From positions 1,927,436 through 1,959,435 of the forward strand of contig NC_003902.1 in the NCBI RefSeq assembly GCF_000007145.1: a stretch of 32,000 nt of DNA, read 5' to 3'. Shown here one piece after another: positions 1 through 9,068 of the stretch; positions within the stretch are counted from its first letter, which is position 1, and the number at the start of each line of letters is the position of its first letter. This DNA is from Xanthomonas campestris pv. campestris str. ATCC 33913 (lineage in GTDB: Bacteria; Pseudomonadota; Gammaproteobacteria; Xanthomonadales; Xanthomonadaceae). The translations under genes were made by a program, and so were the position numbers. A model generated the notes under the pieces. It worked only from the letters and a program-made list of their open reading frames with translations, was not told where the DNA came from and did not search any database.

Positions 1-438
1 TTGCCCGCCGACCAGGCCGCCATCGACGCGCCCACGCTGCCAACGGCCGGCGACAGCAAGACCGTGTTGCTGGTGGAAGATGAAGCGCCGATCCGCATCC
101 TGATCTGCGAAGTGCTGATCGATGCCGGCTACCGGGTCATCGACGTCGCGGACGGCAGTACCGCGGTGGAGCGCCTGCAATCGGCGGAGGTGATCGACCT
201 GCTGGTGACCGACGTCGGCCTTACTGGCGCGCTCAATGGACGGCAGGTGGCCGATGCCGGCCGTCTGCAGCGGCCAGCGCTGCCGGTGTTGTTCGTGACC
301 GGCTACGCAGCGAGCGCGGCCGTGGGTGCCGGGCAACTGGAAACAGGCATGGAAGTGCTGACCAAGCCATTCCTGGCCGCCGACCTGGAGCGCAGGGTTG
401 GCCAACTGCTCGCAAGCTCTGGCGGCGGTGCTGCCTGA
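1..438 (+). CDS. 3' end of a gene truncated by the window edge: C-terminal CheY-like receiver domain, probably of a hybrid sensor kinase
   Basis: The ORF is open at position 1 and stops at TGA 436-438. 'LLVEDEAPIRILICEVL..DLLVTDVGL..LNGRQVAD..PVLFVTGYA..LTKPF' is a receiver signature. It is a close paralogue of the REC domain at about 4220-4583. Confidence 0.8.
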   Translation: MPADQAAIDAPTLPTAGDSKTVLLVEDEAPIRILICEVLIDAGYRVIDVADGSTAVERLQSAEVIDLLVTDVGLTGALNGRQVADAGRLQRPALPVLFVTGYAASAAVGAGQLETGMEVLTKPFLAADLERRVGQLLASSGGGAA

Positions 439-460
439 CTGCTGCTGCCAGCGCGGTGAG

Positions 461-835
461 TTACAGCGAGGTGCGAACGGTGTCCAGCAGATCGCGCAGC
501 GTGAACGGCTTGGTGAGCAGACGCATGCCGCTGGCCAGAAAGTCCTTGCGCGCCGATGCCGCACCTGCGAACCCGGTCATGAACACGATGGGCAAGCTCG
601 GGTACAACACACGTGCGTTATCGGCCAGGTCGCGCCCGTTCATGCCGGGCAGGCAGATATCGGACAACAGCAAATCAAAGACCGGCAGGTTCTGTAGCTG
701 CTGCAATGCAACTTCGGCATCCTCCGCGGCGACCACCGTGTAGCCTTCGTCACTCAGGATGTCGGTGGTCATCAGGCGGATAGCGTCGTTGTCTTCCACC
801 AGCAGGATGCGTGCGTGTGCAGTTGCGTGATTCAC
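461..835 (-). CDS. single-domain CheY-like response regulator
   Basis: 'ILLVEDNDAIR..DLLLSDICLPGMNGRDLA..PIVFMTGFA..LTKPF' with no output domain. I set the start at GTG 835 because GAGG lies 5 nt upstream on the minus strand. The track ORF begins at TTG 880. Confidence 0.85.
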   Translation of the reverse strand: MNHATAHARILLVEDNDAIRLMTTDILSDEGYTVVAAEDAEVALQQLQNLPVFDLLLSDICLPGMNGRDLADNARVLYPSLPIVFMTGFAGAASARKDFLASGMRLLTKPFTLRDLLDTVRTSL

Positions 836-1027
836 CAGAGCCTCAAAACAATCTGTCGCGGTGCAGCGATCTGCATGCAACGCTAGGGCAGTGGCCGTGA
901 GGGTTGCGTTGGGGCAGGTGTGACGGTGTCCAGCGGCAGGCCTGGCAGCAAGCTGAGCACTTCAGCCGGCTACGGTGAAGGAGTGAACGCGCGTGTTAAC
1001 CTGAATGGCCTAGGGACACTTCATCCA

Positions 1028-2524
1028 ATGACCTCAACGCGTATCGCCACGGGAACAAGCGGACTCGACACCATCCTGCGTGGTGGGTTGCCGTCCAACC
1101 GGCTGTACCTGCTCGAAGGCCAGCCAGGCTCGGGCAAGACCACGCTGGCGCTGCAGTTCCTGCTGGAAGGCGCGGCCAAAGGCGAGAGTTGCCTGTACAT
1201 CACCTTGTCCGAAACGCTGGATGAGCTGCAAGAGGTTGCGCAGTCGCACGGCTGGTCGCTGGATGCGCTGCATATCTTCGAGCTGGCATCGGCCGAAGCG
1301 TTTCTGGGCGACGGGCGGCAGCAATCCATCCTGCATCCGTGGGAACTGGAACTGGATGGCACCGTCAAGCTCATCCAGGCCGAGGTGGACCGGGTCAAGC
1401 CGCAGCGCGTGGTGTTCGACTCGTTGTCCGAGCTGCGCCTGCTGGCGCAGGACTCGCTGCGCTACCGCCGCCAGGTGCTGGCGCTCAAGCAGTTCTTTGC
1501 GCCGCGCAATATCACCGTGCTGCTGGTAGACGATCTGACCGGCACCAGCGAGGGACGCGATTCGCATCTGCATAGCCTGTGTCATGGCGTGGTGTCGCTG
1601 GAGCGGTTGACCCTGGATTTCGGCGCCGCACGTCGGCGCATGCAGGTGCAGAAACTGCGCGGCGTGGATTTCATTGCCGGCTATCACGATCTGTCGATCC
1701 TGCGTGGCGGCCTGCGGATCTATCCGCGCCTGATCGCCTCCGACCACCATGTCACCTTTATCGGCGATGCAGTCTCCAGCGGGGTGCAGGAAGTCGACGA
1801 TCTGCTGCACGGTGGGCCGTTGCGTGGCACCAGTACCTTGCTCACCGGCCCGGCCGGCAGTGGCAAGACCAACCTCGCCCTGCAATACGTCGCTGCGGCG
1901 TGTGCGCGTGGCGAGCACTGCTGCATCTTCGAATTCGACGAGCGTACCGGCACCTTGCTGGCCCGTGCCGAATCGCTGGGGCTGGATCTGCGCCGGCATC
2001 TGGAGTCCGGGTTGCTCGAGCTACGCCAGATGGATCCGGCCGAGCTGTCGCCGGGCGAGTTCGCCTGGCAGGTGCGCGCCAGCGTGGAGCAGCGCAACTG
2101 CCGCCTGCTGGTGATCGACAGCCTCAACGGCTATCTGTCGTCGATGCCGCAGGAAAAACAGCTGATGCTGCAGATGCACGAGCTGCTGTCGTATCTCAAC
2201 CAGAGCGGCGTGACCACGTTCCTGATCAATCCGCAGCATGGTCTGGTGGGCACGATGTCCACCGGCAACCTCAACATCTCCTACATGGCCGACACCGTCA
2301 TCCTGTTCCGCTTCTTCGAAGCACAGGGCCGCATCCGCAAGGCGCTGTCGGTGATCAAGAACCGCAGCGGTGCGCACGAAGATGCCATCCGCGAGCTGCG
2401 CATCGGCAATTCGGGCATTCGCCTGAGCGCGCCGCTCAACGACTTCCACGGCGTGCTGACCGGGACGCCGCATTTCATCGGTGACGAGGCGCCGCTGCTG
2501 GGCAACGATCTTGCGCGGCGTTGA
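1028..2524 (+). CDS. KaiC-like double RecA-fold ATPase
   Basis: Two tandem KaiC/RecA-type domains, each with a Walker A ('GQPGSGKTT', 'GPAGSGKTN'). They are preceded by 'TGTSGLDTILRGGLP' and 'GVQEVDDLLHGGPLRG'. The C-terminal 'VIKNRSGAHEDAIRELRI' resembles the KaiC 'KMRGSxHD' block. I chose ATG 1028 because codons 920-1027 of the track ORF have weak G/C third-position bias. Confidence 0.85.
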   Translation: MTSTRIATGTSGLDTILRGGLPSNRLYLLEGQPGSGKTTLALQFLLEGAAKGESCLYITLSETLDELQEVAQSHGWSLDALHIFELASAEAFLGDGRQQSILHPWELELDGTVKLIQAEVDRVKPQRVVFDSLSELRLLAQDSLRYRRQVLALKQFFAPRNITVLLVDDLTGTSEGRDSHLHSLCHGVVSLERLTLDFGAARRRMQVQKLRGVDFIAGYHDLSILRGGLRIYPRLIASDHHVTFIGDAVSSGVQEVDDLLHGGPLRGTSTLLTGPAGSGKTNLALQYVAAACARGEHCCIFEFDERTGTLLARAESLGLDLRRHLESGLLELRQMDPAELSPGEFAWQVRASVEQRNCRLLVIDSLNGYLSSMPQEKQLMLQMHELLSYLNQSGVTTFLINPQHGLVGTMSTGNLNISYMADTVILFRFFEAQGRIRKALSVIKNRSGAHEDAIRELRIGNSGIRLSAPLNDFHGVLTGTPHFIGDEAPLLGNDLARR

Positions 2525-4583
2525 GGCCCCCGGCTGCACGGTCCACATCGTGGCGCCGTTCGGCCGCGATGCTGAGAGCATTGCGGTCATCCTGGATCGT
2601 CAGGACCTGTCGGTGTGCATCCATGACTCGCTCGCGCAGATGGCGCGGCAGCTGGACGACTCCGCCGGCGTGGTGGTGCTGACCGAAGAAGCGGTGTCCG
2701 GTGATGTGGAGGCCTTGACCGCCGCGCTGCAGGCGCAGCCGCCATGGTCGGACATTCCGTTCGTGCTGCTGCGCTCCTCGCGCGGTGCCTATTACAACCG
2801 GCACACCACGCTGCCGGCGGCGGCGATCAATGTCATCGAGCTGGAACGCCCGTTGGGTGCGGTGTCGTTGCAGAGCGCCATTTCCACAGCGCTGCGCTCG
2901 CGTCAGAAGCAATTCGTCATTCGCGACCAGATGGCGCAGCTGGCCGAAAGCCAGGCGGCGCTGGCGCTGAGCGAAGCCGAGCTGCGCCGCGTCACCGATG
3001 CGTTGCCGGTGCTGATCGCCTTCATCGACAAACACCTGATCTACCGCTTCGCCAACCAGGCCTATGAAGTTTGGATCGGGCAGTCGCCCGCCGCTGTGGT
3101 GGGGCGGTCGCTGGACGAGGTGATGGGGCCGGCGCTGGTGCGCCAGCGGCGCGGCTGGATCGATGCCGCCCTTGCCGGGAAGGCGCTCACCGTGGAGGTG
3201 AGCTGGCCGCATGCAGACGGCCGCCGCCGCGATGCGGAGATCCGCTACCTGCCACGCTTCGATGCACATGGCGAGGTGGACGGCTTTCATGTGTTCGCCA
3301 CCGACGTGACCGCGCGCACCGTGGCGATGGAGTCGATCCAGCAGCAGGCCACGCTGCTCGAAGCCAAGGTGGCCGAACGCACCGCCGAGTTGGAGCAGCA
3401 GATGCAGGCGCGCGAAAGCAGCGAAGCGGCGCTGCGCCAGGCACAGAAGATGGAAGCGGTGGGCCAGCTCACCGGCGGTATCGCGCACGATTTCAACAAC
3501 ATGCTCACCGGCATTCTCTCGGCACTGGATCTGGCGCGGCTGCGCATCGACCAGGGCCGCAGCGAAGGGCTGGGCCGGTTCCTGGATGTGGCCTCGGCCT
3601 CGGCGCTGCGCGCGGCAGCGTTGACCCAGCGGCTGCTGGCGTTTTCGCGCCGGCAATCGCTGGAGGCCCGGCATCTGCACGTCAATGACCTGGTGGTGTC
3701 GCTGCAGGAATTGCTGGCGCGCACGCTGGGCGAATCGGTGCAGCTGGTGACCGACCTGCAGGCGGACATGCCGGCGGCGTACGTGGATGAAAACCAGCTG
3801 GAAAGCGCCTTGCTCAATCTGGCGATCAACGCGCGCGACGCCATGCCCGATGGCGGCCAGCTGCGCATCGCCACCCGGCATCTGACCGTCACCGACGCAC
3901 CATTGTTGCTCGGCCGCGGCATTACGCTGGCGGTCGGTGGTTATGCGGTGGTCTCGGTCACCGACAGCGGCACCGGCATGACCCCGGACGTGCTGGAGCG
4001 GGTGTTCGAACCGTTCTACACCACCAAGCCGATCGGCCAGGGCACCGGCCTGGGCATGTCGATGATCTACGGCTTCATGCAGCAGTCCAACGGCCAGGTG
4101 TGGGTGGAATCGGAACCGGGCGCGGGGACCACCGTCAGCCTGTATCTGCCCTCCGGCGTCAACGTGCACGATGCGCGCCCGGCCGTGCTGCCCAGCAGCG
4201 TGGTCGCCGGGCAAGGCCAGCAGGTGCTGGTGGTCGAAGACGATGCACAGGTGCGGCTGCTGGTCACCGAATTACTGCAGGAGCTCGGCTATCAGGCCGA
4301 AGTGGTGGCCGATGCCGATGCGGCATTGCCGATCCTGGCCTCGCCGCAGCGCATCGATCTGTTGGTCACCGATGTCGGCTTGCCTGGCCTCAACGGCCGC
4401 CAGCTGGCCGAGATCGCCCGCCAGTCGCGTCGCGATCTGCCGGTGATCTTCATGACCGGCTATGCGGAAACCGCGCGCGATCGCGGCGAATTCCTGGGCG
4501 AGGGCATGAGCATGATCGCCAAGCCATTTACGCTGGGCGAGTTCAGCGGCAAGTTGCACGAAGTGCTGGGGCCTTCTGCGTAA
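2481..4583 (+). CDS. soluble hybrid sensor histidine kinase (REC-like N-domain, coiled coil/PAS, HisKA, HATPase_c, REC)
   Basis: H-box 'GGIAHDFNNMLTGI'. N-box 'LLNLAINARDAM'. G-boxes 'DSGTGM' and 'GTGLGMSMIYG'. PAS-like 'LPVLIAFIDKHLIYRFANQAYEVWIG'. C-terminal REC 'VLVVEDDAQVR..DLLVTDVGLPGLNGRQ..PVIFMTGYA..AKPF'. No TM segment. The start is ambiguous (GTG 2481 or TTG 2511), and both overlap the upstream stop at 2522-2524. Confidence 0.85.
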   Translation: MTRRRCWATILRGVEAPGCTVHIVAPFGRDAESIAVILDRQDLSVCIHDSLAQMARQLDDSAGVVVLTEEAVSGDVEALTAALQAQPPWSDIPFVLLRSSRGAYYNRHTTLPAAAINVIELERPLGAVSLQSAISTALRSRQKQFVIRDQMAQLAESQAALALSEAELRRVTDALPVLIAFIDKHLIYRFANQAYEVWIGQSPAAVVGRSLDEVMGPALVRQRRGWIDAALAGKALTVEVSWPHADGRRRDAEIRYLPRFDAHGEVDGFHVFATDVTARTVAMESIQQQATLLEAKVAERTAELEQQMQARESSEAALRQAQKMEAVGQLTGGIAHDFNNMLTGILSALDLARLRIDQGRSEGLGRFLDVASASALRAAALTQRLLAFSRRQSLEARHLHVNDLVVSLQELLARTLGESVQLVTDLQADMPAAYVDENQLESALLNLAINARDAMPDGGQLRIATRHLTVTDAPLLLGRGITLAVGGYAVVSVTDSGTGMTPDVLERVFEPFYTTKPIGQGTGLGMSMIYGFMQQSNGQVWVESEPGAGTTVSLYLPSGVNVHDARPAVLPSSVVAGQGQQVLVVEDDAQVRLLVTELLQELGYQAEVVADADAALPILASPQRIDLLVTDVGLPGLNGRQLAEIARQSRRDLPVIFMTGYAETARDRGEFLGEGMSMIAKPFTLGEFSGKLHEVLGPSA

Positions 4584-4587
4584 CGCT

Positions 4588-4613
4588 GCGCGTGCGTCGC
4601 TGCCGCCACGCGC
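4588..4613. terminator. GC-rich hairpin between convergent genes
   Basis: GCGCGTG (4588-4594) pairs with CACGCGC (4607-4613): a 7-bp perfect stem with a 12-nt loop. It lies in the 37-bp gap between the kinase stop and the ccmI stop. There is no U-tract. Confidence 0.3.
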
Positions 4614-4620
4614 TGCAGGA

Positions 4621-5349
4621 TCAACGCGTGGCTGCCTTCGATTGCCGCGCGCTGGCCAACGATTGCGCCACCGCGATCTTGTCGGCAACGGCCTGCTGCA
4701 TCGGCGAGCCGGTGTCGAGCAATCCATGCAGATGCTGCCAGTGGTCGGTGGCCGCGGCGTAGTCGTGTTGCTGGAAATCGCTGATGCCCAGCAGCCACAG
4801 GCCGCGCTGGTTGTCCGGCTCGGCGGCAACCACCTGCTGCAAACGTGCCCGCGAGGACGCATCGATGGCGAAGTCTGCGCGCGTGGCCATGTCCGAGGCC
4901 ACCCAGCCCACGATGGCCGCGCTGTTGTCCGGTGCCAGCTGCAACGCCTGCGCATACGCATCGCGTGCCTCGGCAGGGCGGTTTTCCTGCTCATGCGCCT
5001 TGGCCTGCTGCATCCAGCTGGTGAGCGCCTGTAGCGCGGCGGCCTGTTGCGAGTCCGGTGCCGGCGTTTGCTCTACTGCAGCAGTCATGCCTGACGCAGA
5101 CGCTGCACTGCCGGGCTGCGCGAGGGCGCTTGCAGCCGCACGCTGTGGTTGCACGTTCGCCATTGCATCGGGCGTGCCGACCAGGCGATACAGCCCCGCC
5201 GTGCTCAGTGGCAGGCCCAGCATCAGCAGCAACGGCAGCGCATGCCGCGCGCTGCCGTTGCGCTGCGCATGCTGGCGCACCGGCACCACCAGCAGCGCCG
5301 TGGCGCCCACCACCATCGCGGCGCTTGCGACATAAAACCCGATCATCAC
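4621..5349 (-). CDS. ccmI: c-type cytochrome biogenesis protein CcmI/CycH (TM anchor plus TPR-like domain)
   Basis: Two N-terminal TM helices ('MMIGFYVASAAMVVGATALLVV', 'ALPLLLMLGLPLSTAGLY') are followed by TPR-like repeats ('AEARDAYAQALQLAPDNSAA', 'LWLLGISDFQQHDYAAATDHWQHL'). It is the last gene of the ccm operon, and its start overlaps the ccmH stop. Confidence 0.7.
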   Translation of the reverse strand: MMIGFYVASAAMVVGATALLVVPVRQHAQRNGSARHALPLLLMLGLPLSTAGLYRLVGTPDAMANVQPQRAAASALAQPGSAASASGMTAAVEQTPAPDSQQAAALQALTSWMQQAKAHEQENRPAEARDAYAQALQLAPDNSAAIVGWVASDMATRADFAIDASSRARLQQVVAAEPDNQRGLWLLGISDFQQHDYAAATDHWQHLHGLLDTGSPMQQAVADKIAVAQSLASARQSKAATR

Positions 5350-5798
5350 CAGTCTTCCTCGGTCTGTGGCGCCACCGGGGTGCCGGCACGCGCCCGTTTA
5401 CGCACGGTGTGCAGGACCACGGCCGCGCCTGCGCCCAACATCAGCAACGGCCCGAACCACAGCAGCCAGGTGCCGCGCTTGACCGGTGGGTCGTACAACA
5501 CGAAATCCGAATAGCGCTCCACCATGTACTGCTTGATCTGCGCATCGCTGCGGCCGGCCTGAAGTTGCGCGAACACCTGGTGGCGCAGGTCGCGGGCCAG
5601 GTCTGCATTGGAGTCGGCCAGGTTCTCGTTCTGGCAGACCAGGCAGCGCAGCTGCGCGGTCAATCGCTGGAAGCGTGTTTCTTCGTTGCGGTCCTTGAAC
5701 GGCAACGGGTCCACCGCCTGGGCGGCCAGCGGTGGGGCCAGCAGCATGCCCAGCAGCAGCGCCAGCAGCAGGCGCGCGGTGCGTTGCCGCAGGCTCAC
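5346..5798 (-). CDS. ccmH: cytochrome c-type biogenesis protein CcmH
   Basis: Signal peptide, 'LRCLVCQNENLADSNADLARDLR' (LRCxxCQ redox motif) and a C-terminal TM. It has 4-nt overlaps with both neighbours. Confidence 0.9.
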   Translation of the reverse strand: MSLRQRTARLLLALLLGMLLAPPLAAQAVDPLPFKDRNEETRFQRLTAQLRCLVCQNENLADSNADLARDLRHQVFAQLQAGRSDAQIKQYMVERYSDFVLYDPPVKRGTWLLWFGPLLMLGAGAAVVLHTVRKRARAGTPVAPQTEEDW

Positions 5799-6337
5799 GG
5801 CGCGCCTTGGGACAAGCCCGCAATCGCCGGCATCAATTCATTGCGGATGACCTCCGGCGTCAGCACGCCAATGTGCTTGTAGCGGATTATCCCGTGCGCA
5901 TCGATCAGGAAACTTTCCGGCGCGCCATACACGCCGAAATCGATCGCGGTCTGGCCGGGCTCATCGGCAATCACCATGCCATAGGGATTGCCGTGCTGCG
6001 CGAGCCAGGCGTTGGCATCGGCCGGCGCGTCCTTGTAGTTGTAGCCGATCAACGCCACGCCGAGCGTGCGGCCGTGCGCCATCAGCACCGGATGCTCCTG
6101 CGCGCAGGCGGCGCACCAGCTGCCGAAGACATTCAGCACGTAGGGCTTGCCCAGCAATTGATCGCGGGTGATTTGCTGCTGCGGTTGATCCAGCAGCGGC
6201 AGCGAGAACGCCGGCGCCGGCTTGCCGATCAGTGGCGAGGGCACATCGCGCGGGTTGTGCTGCATCGTCCAGTAGATGCCGAAGCCGAACAGCGCGGCCA
6301 GCGCCAGAAAGCCCAACAAGGGCAGGAGGCGGTTCAC
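5795..6337 (-). CDS. ccmG: thiol:disulfide interchange protein DsbE/CcmG
   Basis: N-terminal anchor, thioredoxin motif 'VLNVFGSWCAACAQEHP' (WCxxC) and 'FGVYGAPESFLID'. It has 4-nt overlaps with ccmF and ccmH. Confidence 0.9.
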   Translation of the reverse strand: MNRLLPLLGFLALAALFGFGIYWTMQHNPRDVPSPLIGKPAPAFSLPLLDQPQQQITRDQLLGKPYVLNVFGSWCAACAQEHPVLMAHGRTLGVALIGYNYKDAPADANAWLAQHGNPYGMVIADEPGQTAIDFGVYGAPESFLIDAHGIIRYKHIGVLTPEVIRNELMPAIAGLSQGAP

Positions 6338-8331
6338 AGGTGCAACTCTCCGGCAACGGCGAGGGGAGTGGGGGCGATGGGAGCAGGCGACGACACCGCG
6401 GCAACCGCAGGTACCGGTGCGCGGAAGCGCCGCGCGCAGGCGCTGACGAACCCGCCCAGCATCATCAACAGCCCGCCGGCCCAGATCCAGCGGATCAACG
6501 GTTTGTAGTACAGCCGCAGCGTCCAGTCGTTTTCGATGTGCTGGTCGTCCAGCGGCTCGCCCAGCGCCACGTAGAGGTCGCGGGTGGCGCCGGCGTCGAT
6601 CGCCGATTCGGTCTGGATGCGCTCACTGCTGTACAGGCGTTTTTGCGGATGCAAGGTAGCCACCGGCGCACCATCACGGCTGACCTGCACGCTGCCTTGT
6701 TCGGCTTTCCAGTTGGGCCCATCCACCAGCTGCACGCCATCGAAGCGGAAGCTGTAGCCGGCGATCTCCGCGCTCTGGCCGGGCGCCAGCCGCACGTCGC
6801 GTTCCACCGACAGGCTGTCCGACACCAGCACGCCGGCCACGAACACCGCCACACCGGCGTGCGCCAACAACATGCCGGCCATCTCGGCAGGAAAGCGCCG
6901 GCCGCGCGGCATCTCGCGCCAGCGCTTGTGCATGTACAACGCGGTGCCGGCAGCCACCCAGGCGGCCGCACCGATGCCGGCAATGGCCTTGGCCTGGCCC
7001 TCGGCAAACACGCTGGCGACCAGCGCGCAGGCGATGGCGGCAATGCCCGCACGCGCGCCCAGCGACAGCAGCGGTGCCATCTCGGCCTTGCCCCAGCGCA
7101 AGTACGGGCCGAATGGCATTAACAGCACCACCGGCGCCATCAGCAACGGAAACAGCAGGCCGAAGTAGGGCGGGCCCACAGACACCTTGCCCAGCCCGAA
7201 CGCATCGGCCACCAGCGGGAACAAGGTGCCCAGCAACACCATCGCCGCGGCCACGGTGAGCAGCAGGTTGCCGACCAGGATCGCGGTCTCGCGCGAGGCC
7301 GCTGCGAACGGTTTGCCGGTGGCGATCTTGGGCGCGCGCAGCGCATACAGCAGCAGCGAGCCGCCCACCACCGCCACCAGGAAAATCAGGATGTACAGGC
7401 CGCGCCGTGGGTCGGCGGCAAACGCATGCACCGAGGTGAGCACGCCCGAGCGCACCAGGAAGGTACCCAGCAACGACAACGAAAATGCCAGGATCGACAG
7501 CAGGATGGTCCAGGCACGCAGGCTGCCGCGTTTTTCGGTCACTGCCTGGGTATGAATCAGCGCGGTGCCCACCAGCCACGGCATGAAACTGGCGTTTTCC
7601 ACCGGGTCCCAGAACCACCAGCCGCCCCAGCCCAGTTCCGCATACGCCCACCAGCTGCCGGCCACGATGCCGGCGGTGAGGCAGGCCCAGGCGACGTTGG
7701 TCCATGGCCGCGCCCAGCGCACCCAGGCCTGTTCGAGTTCGCCGCCCAGCAGGGCGGCTACCGCGAACGCGAATGCCACCGAGAAGCCGACATAACCGGT
7801 GTAGAGCACCGGTGGGTGGAAGGTCATGCCCGGGTCCTGCAGCACCGGATTGAGTTCCCTGCCGTCGAGCGGAATCGGCGACAGCCGCCCAAACGGATTG
7901 GAGGTCAGCAGGATGAAGGCCAGAAAGCCCACCGATACCAGCCCCAGCACCGCCAGCACGCGTGCGGCGAAGTGCTGCGGCAAGTGCCGGCTGCAGGCGG
8001 CCAGCAGCACCGTCCAGGTGGACAGGATCGCGATCCACAGCAGCAGCGAACCTTCGTGCGCGCCCCACACCGCGGCGATGCGGTAATACCAGGGCAGGGC
8101 GATGTTGGCGTTGTCGGCGACATAGCGCACCGAAAAATCCAGCGACAGCAGCGACCAGGCCAACAGGCCGAAGGCCAGCCACACGAACACCGCCTGGCCG
8201 GCGGCGGCAGGCCGCGCAACCGCCATCAGCGCGGTGTTGCCGCGCCAGGCACCGATCAGCGGCAACACGCCCTGCGTCAGCGACAACAGCAACGCCAAAA
8301 TCAGCGCGATCTGGCCAAGTTCAGGCGTCAT
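6334..8331 (-). CDS. ccmF: heme lyase subunit CcmF
   Basis: A 665-aa polytopic protein with the WWD motif 'GWGGWWFWDPVENAS', at the expected position in the ccm operon. Confidence 0.95.
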   Translation of the reverse strand: MTPELGQIALILALLLSLTQGVLPLIGAWRGNTALMAVARPAAAGQAVFVWLAFGLLAWSLLSLDFSVRYVADNANIALPWYYRIAAVWGAHEGSLLLWIAILSTWTVLLAACSRHLPQHFAARVLAVLGLVSVGFLAFILLTSNPFGRLSPIPLDGRELNPVLQDPGMTFHPPVLYTGYVGFSVAFAFAVAALLGGELEQAWVRWARPWTNVAWACLTAGIVAGSWWAYAELGWGGWWFWDPVENASFMPWLVGTALIHTQAVTEKRGSLRAWTILLSILAFSLSLLGTFLVRSGVLTSVHAFAADPRRGLYILIFLVAVVGGSLLLYALRAPKIATGKPFAAASRETAILVGNLLLTVAAAMVLLGTLFPLVADAFGLGKVSVGPPYFGLLFPLLMAPVVLLMPFGPYLRWGKAEMAPLLSLGARAGIAAIACALVASVFAEGQAKAIAGIGAAAWVAAGTALYMHKRWREMPRGRRFPAEMAGMLLAHAGVAVFVAGVLVSDSLSVERDVRLAPGQSAEIAGYSFRFDGVQLVDGPNWKAEQGSVQVSRDGAPVATLHPQKRLYSSERIQTESAIDAGATRDLYVALGEPLDDQHIENDWTLRLYYKPLIRWIWAGGLLMMLGGFVSACARRFRAPVPAVAAVSSPAPIAPTPLAVAGELHL

Positions 8332-8397
8332 GGGCGTGGCGCTGCGGGCAACGGAAAAGAGTCATCTGGATCCGGAGTGATGGAGTGGTGGCGCGGG

Positions 8398-8868
8398 TCA
8401 GCGCACACCGCTCAACGGGGCCGCGGCCGCTGGGATCGGCTTGCCGACGTGGCCTTCGGCCATCGCGTCCTTGAGTTCCTTCGGCATGTAGGTTTCGTCG
8501 TGCTTGGCCAGCACTTCGTTGGCGACAAAGCGCCCCGCCTGCATGCGGCCGTTGGCGATCACCGACTGGTTGTCGCGGAACAGGTCCGGCAGGATGCCGG
8601 TGTATTCCACCTGCGTGGCGGCGTGCTTGTCGATCACTTTGAAGGTCACGGTGAGGCTGTCGGTGGCACGCTGGATCGAGCCGGCCTTGACCATGCCGCC
8701 AAGGCGGAACTGCTGGTAGCCGGCCGCCGCGCCCGCATCCACCTGGCTGGGCGTGAACAGGTAGCTCATGTTCCGCTGCAGGGCGAGCGCGATCAGTGTC
8801 ACCGCCAGCGCTGCAGCCGTCAGCACGCCGATCACCAGCCACAGGCGTTGTTTACGCGTAGCGTTCAT
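8398..8868 (-). CDS. ccmE: heme chaperone CcmE
   Basis: Anchor '[23 protein letters not shown]' and heme-binding '[10 protein letters not shown]' (HxxxY). The start is ATG 8868. The 209-aa track version extends through ccmD in another frame and is not supported. Confidence 0.95.
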   Translation of the reverse strand: MNATRKQRLWLVIGVLTAAALAVTLIALALQRNMSYLFTPSQVDAGAAAGYQQFRLGGMVKAGSIQRATDSLTVTFKVIDKHAATQVEYTGILPDLFRDNQSVIANGRMQAGRFVANEVLAKHDETYMPKELKDAMAEGHVGKPIPAAAAPLSGVR

Positions 8869-9068
8869 GCGTCGCGCTCCAGCACCGGCACCGGCTGCTC
8901 GCGCGGCCGGCGCGGCGCCTGCCGCTGCAGCTGTCCGCGCAGTTGCGCGGGCAAGCGCCGCCGGCGCAGCCATGGGGCGATCAGGTCGGCCAGCAGCACC
9001 AGCACGAACAAGGCATACGCGGTCCACACGTAGGCGCCGTAGCCGCCCATGGCGAGAAAGGCGCTCAT
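8865..9068 (-). CDS. ccmD: heme exporter protein CcmD (67 aa)
   Basis: '[38 protein letters not shown]' is a single TM plus a basic tail. ATGA-type overlaps link it to the ccmC stop (9065) and the ccmE start (8868). In the track it is visible only as the C-terminal tail of the spurious 376-aa ORF 8865..9995. Confidence 0.75.
   Translation of the reverse strand: MSAFLAMGGYGAYVWTAYALFVLVLLADLIAPWLRRRRLPAQLRGQLQRQAPRRPREQPVPVLERDA

Noticed and set aside
920-1027. An upstream GTG start giving a 534-aa KaiC-like protein.
   Set aside because: The extra 36 codons have weak G/C third-position bias ('gtt aac ctg aat ggc cta ggg aca ctt cat cca') and precede the conserved N-cap. ATG 1028 gives a typical KaiC-family N-terminus. 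This is not fully excluded.
2475-4214. A 579-aa ORF antisense to the histidine kinase. Similar long antisense or off-frame ORFs include 1034..1999(-), 7426..9033(+), 6674..8182(-), 13846..15306(+), 20343..21200(-), 22458..24389(-), 24879..25937(-) and 26170..27510(+).
   Set aside because: These have the low-complexity Arg/Ala/Gly/Pro-rich composition typical of shadow frames in high-GC DNA. None has a recognisable motif. Each lies opposite, or out of frame with, a gene that has clear family signatures.
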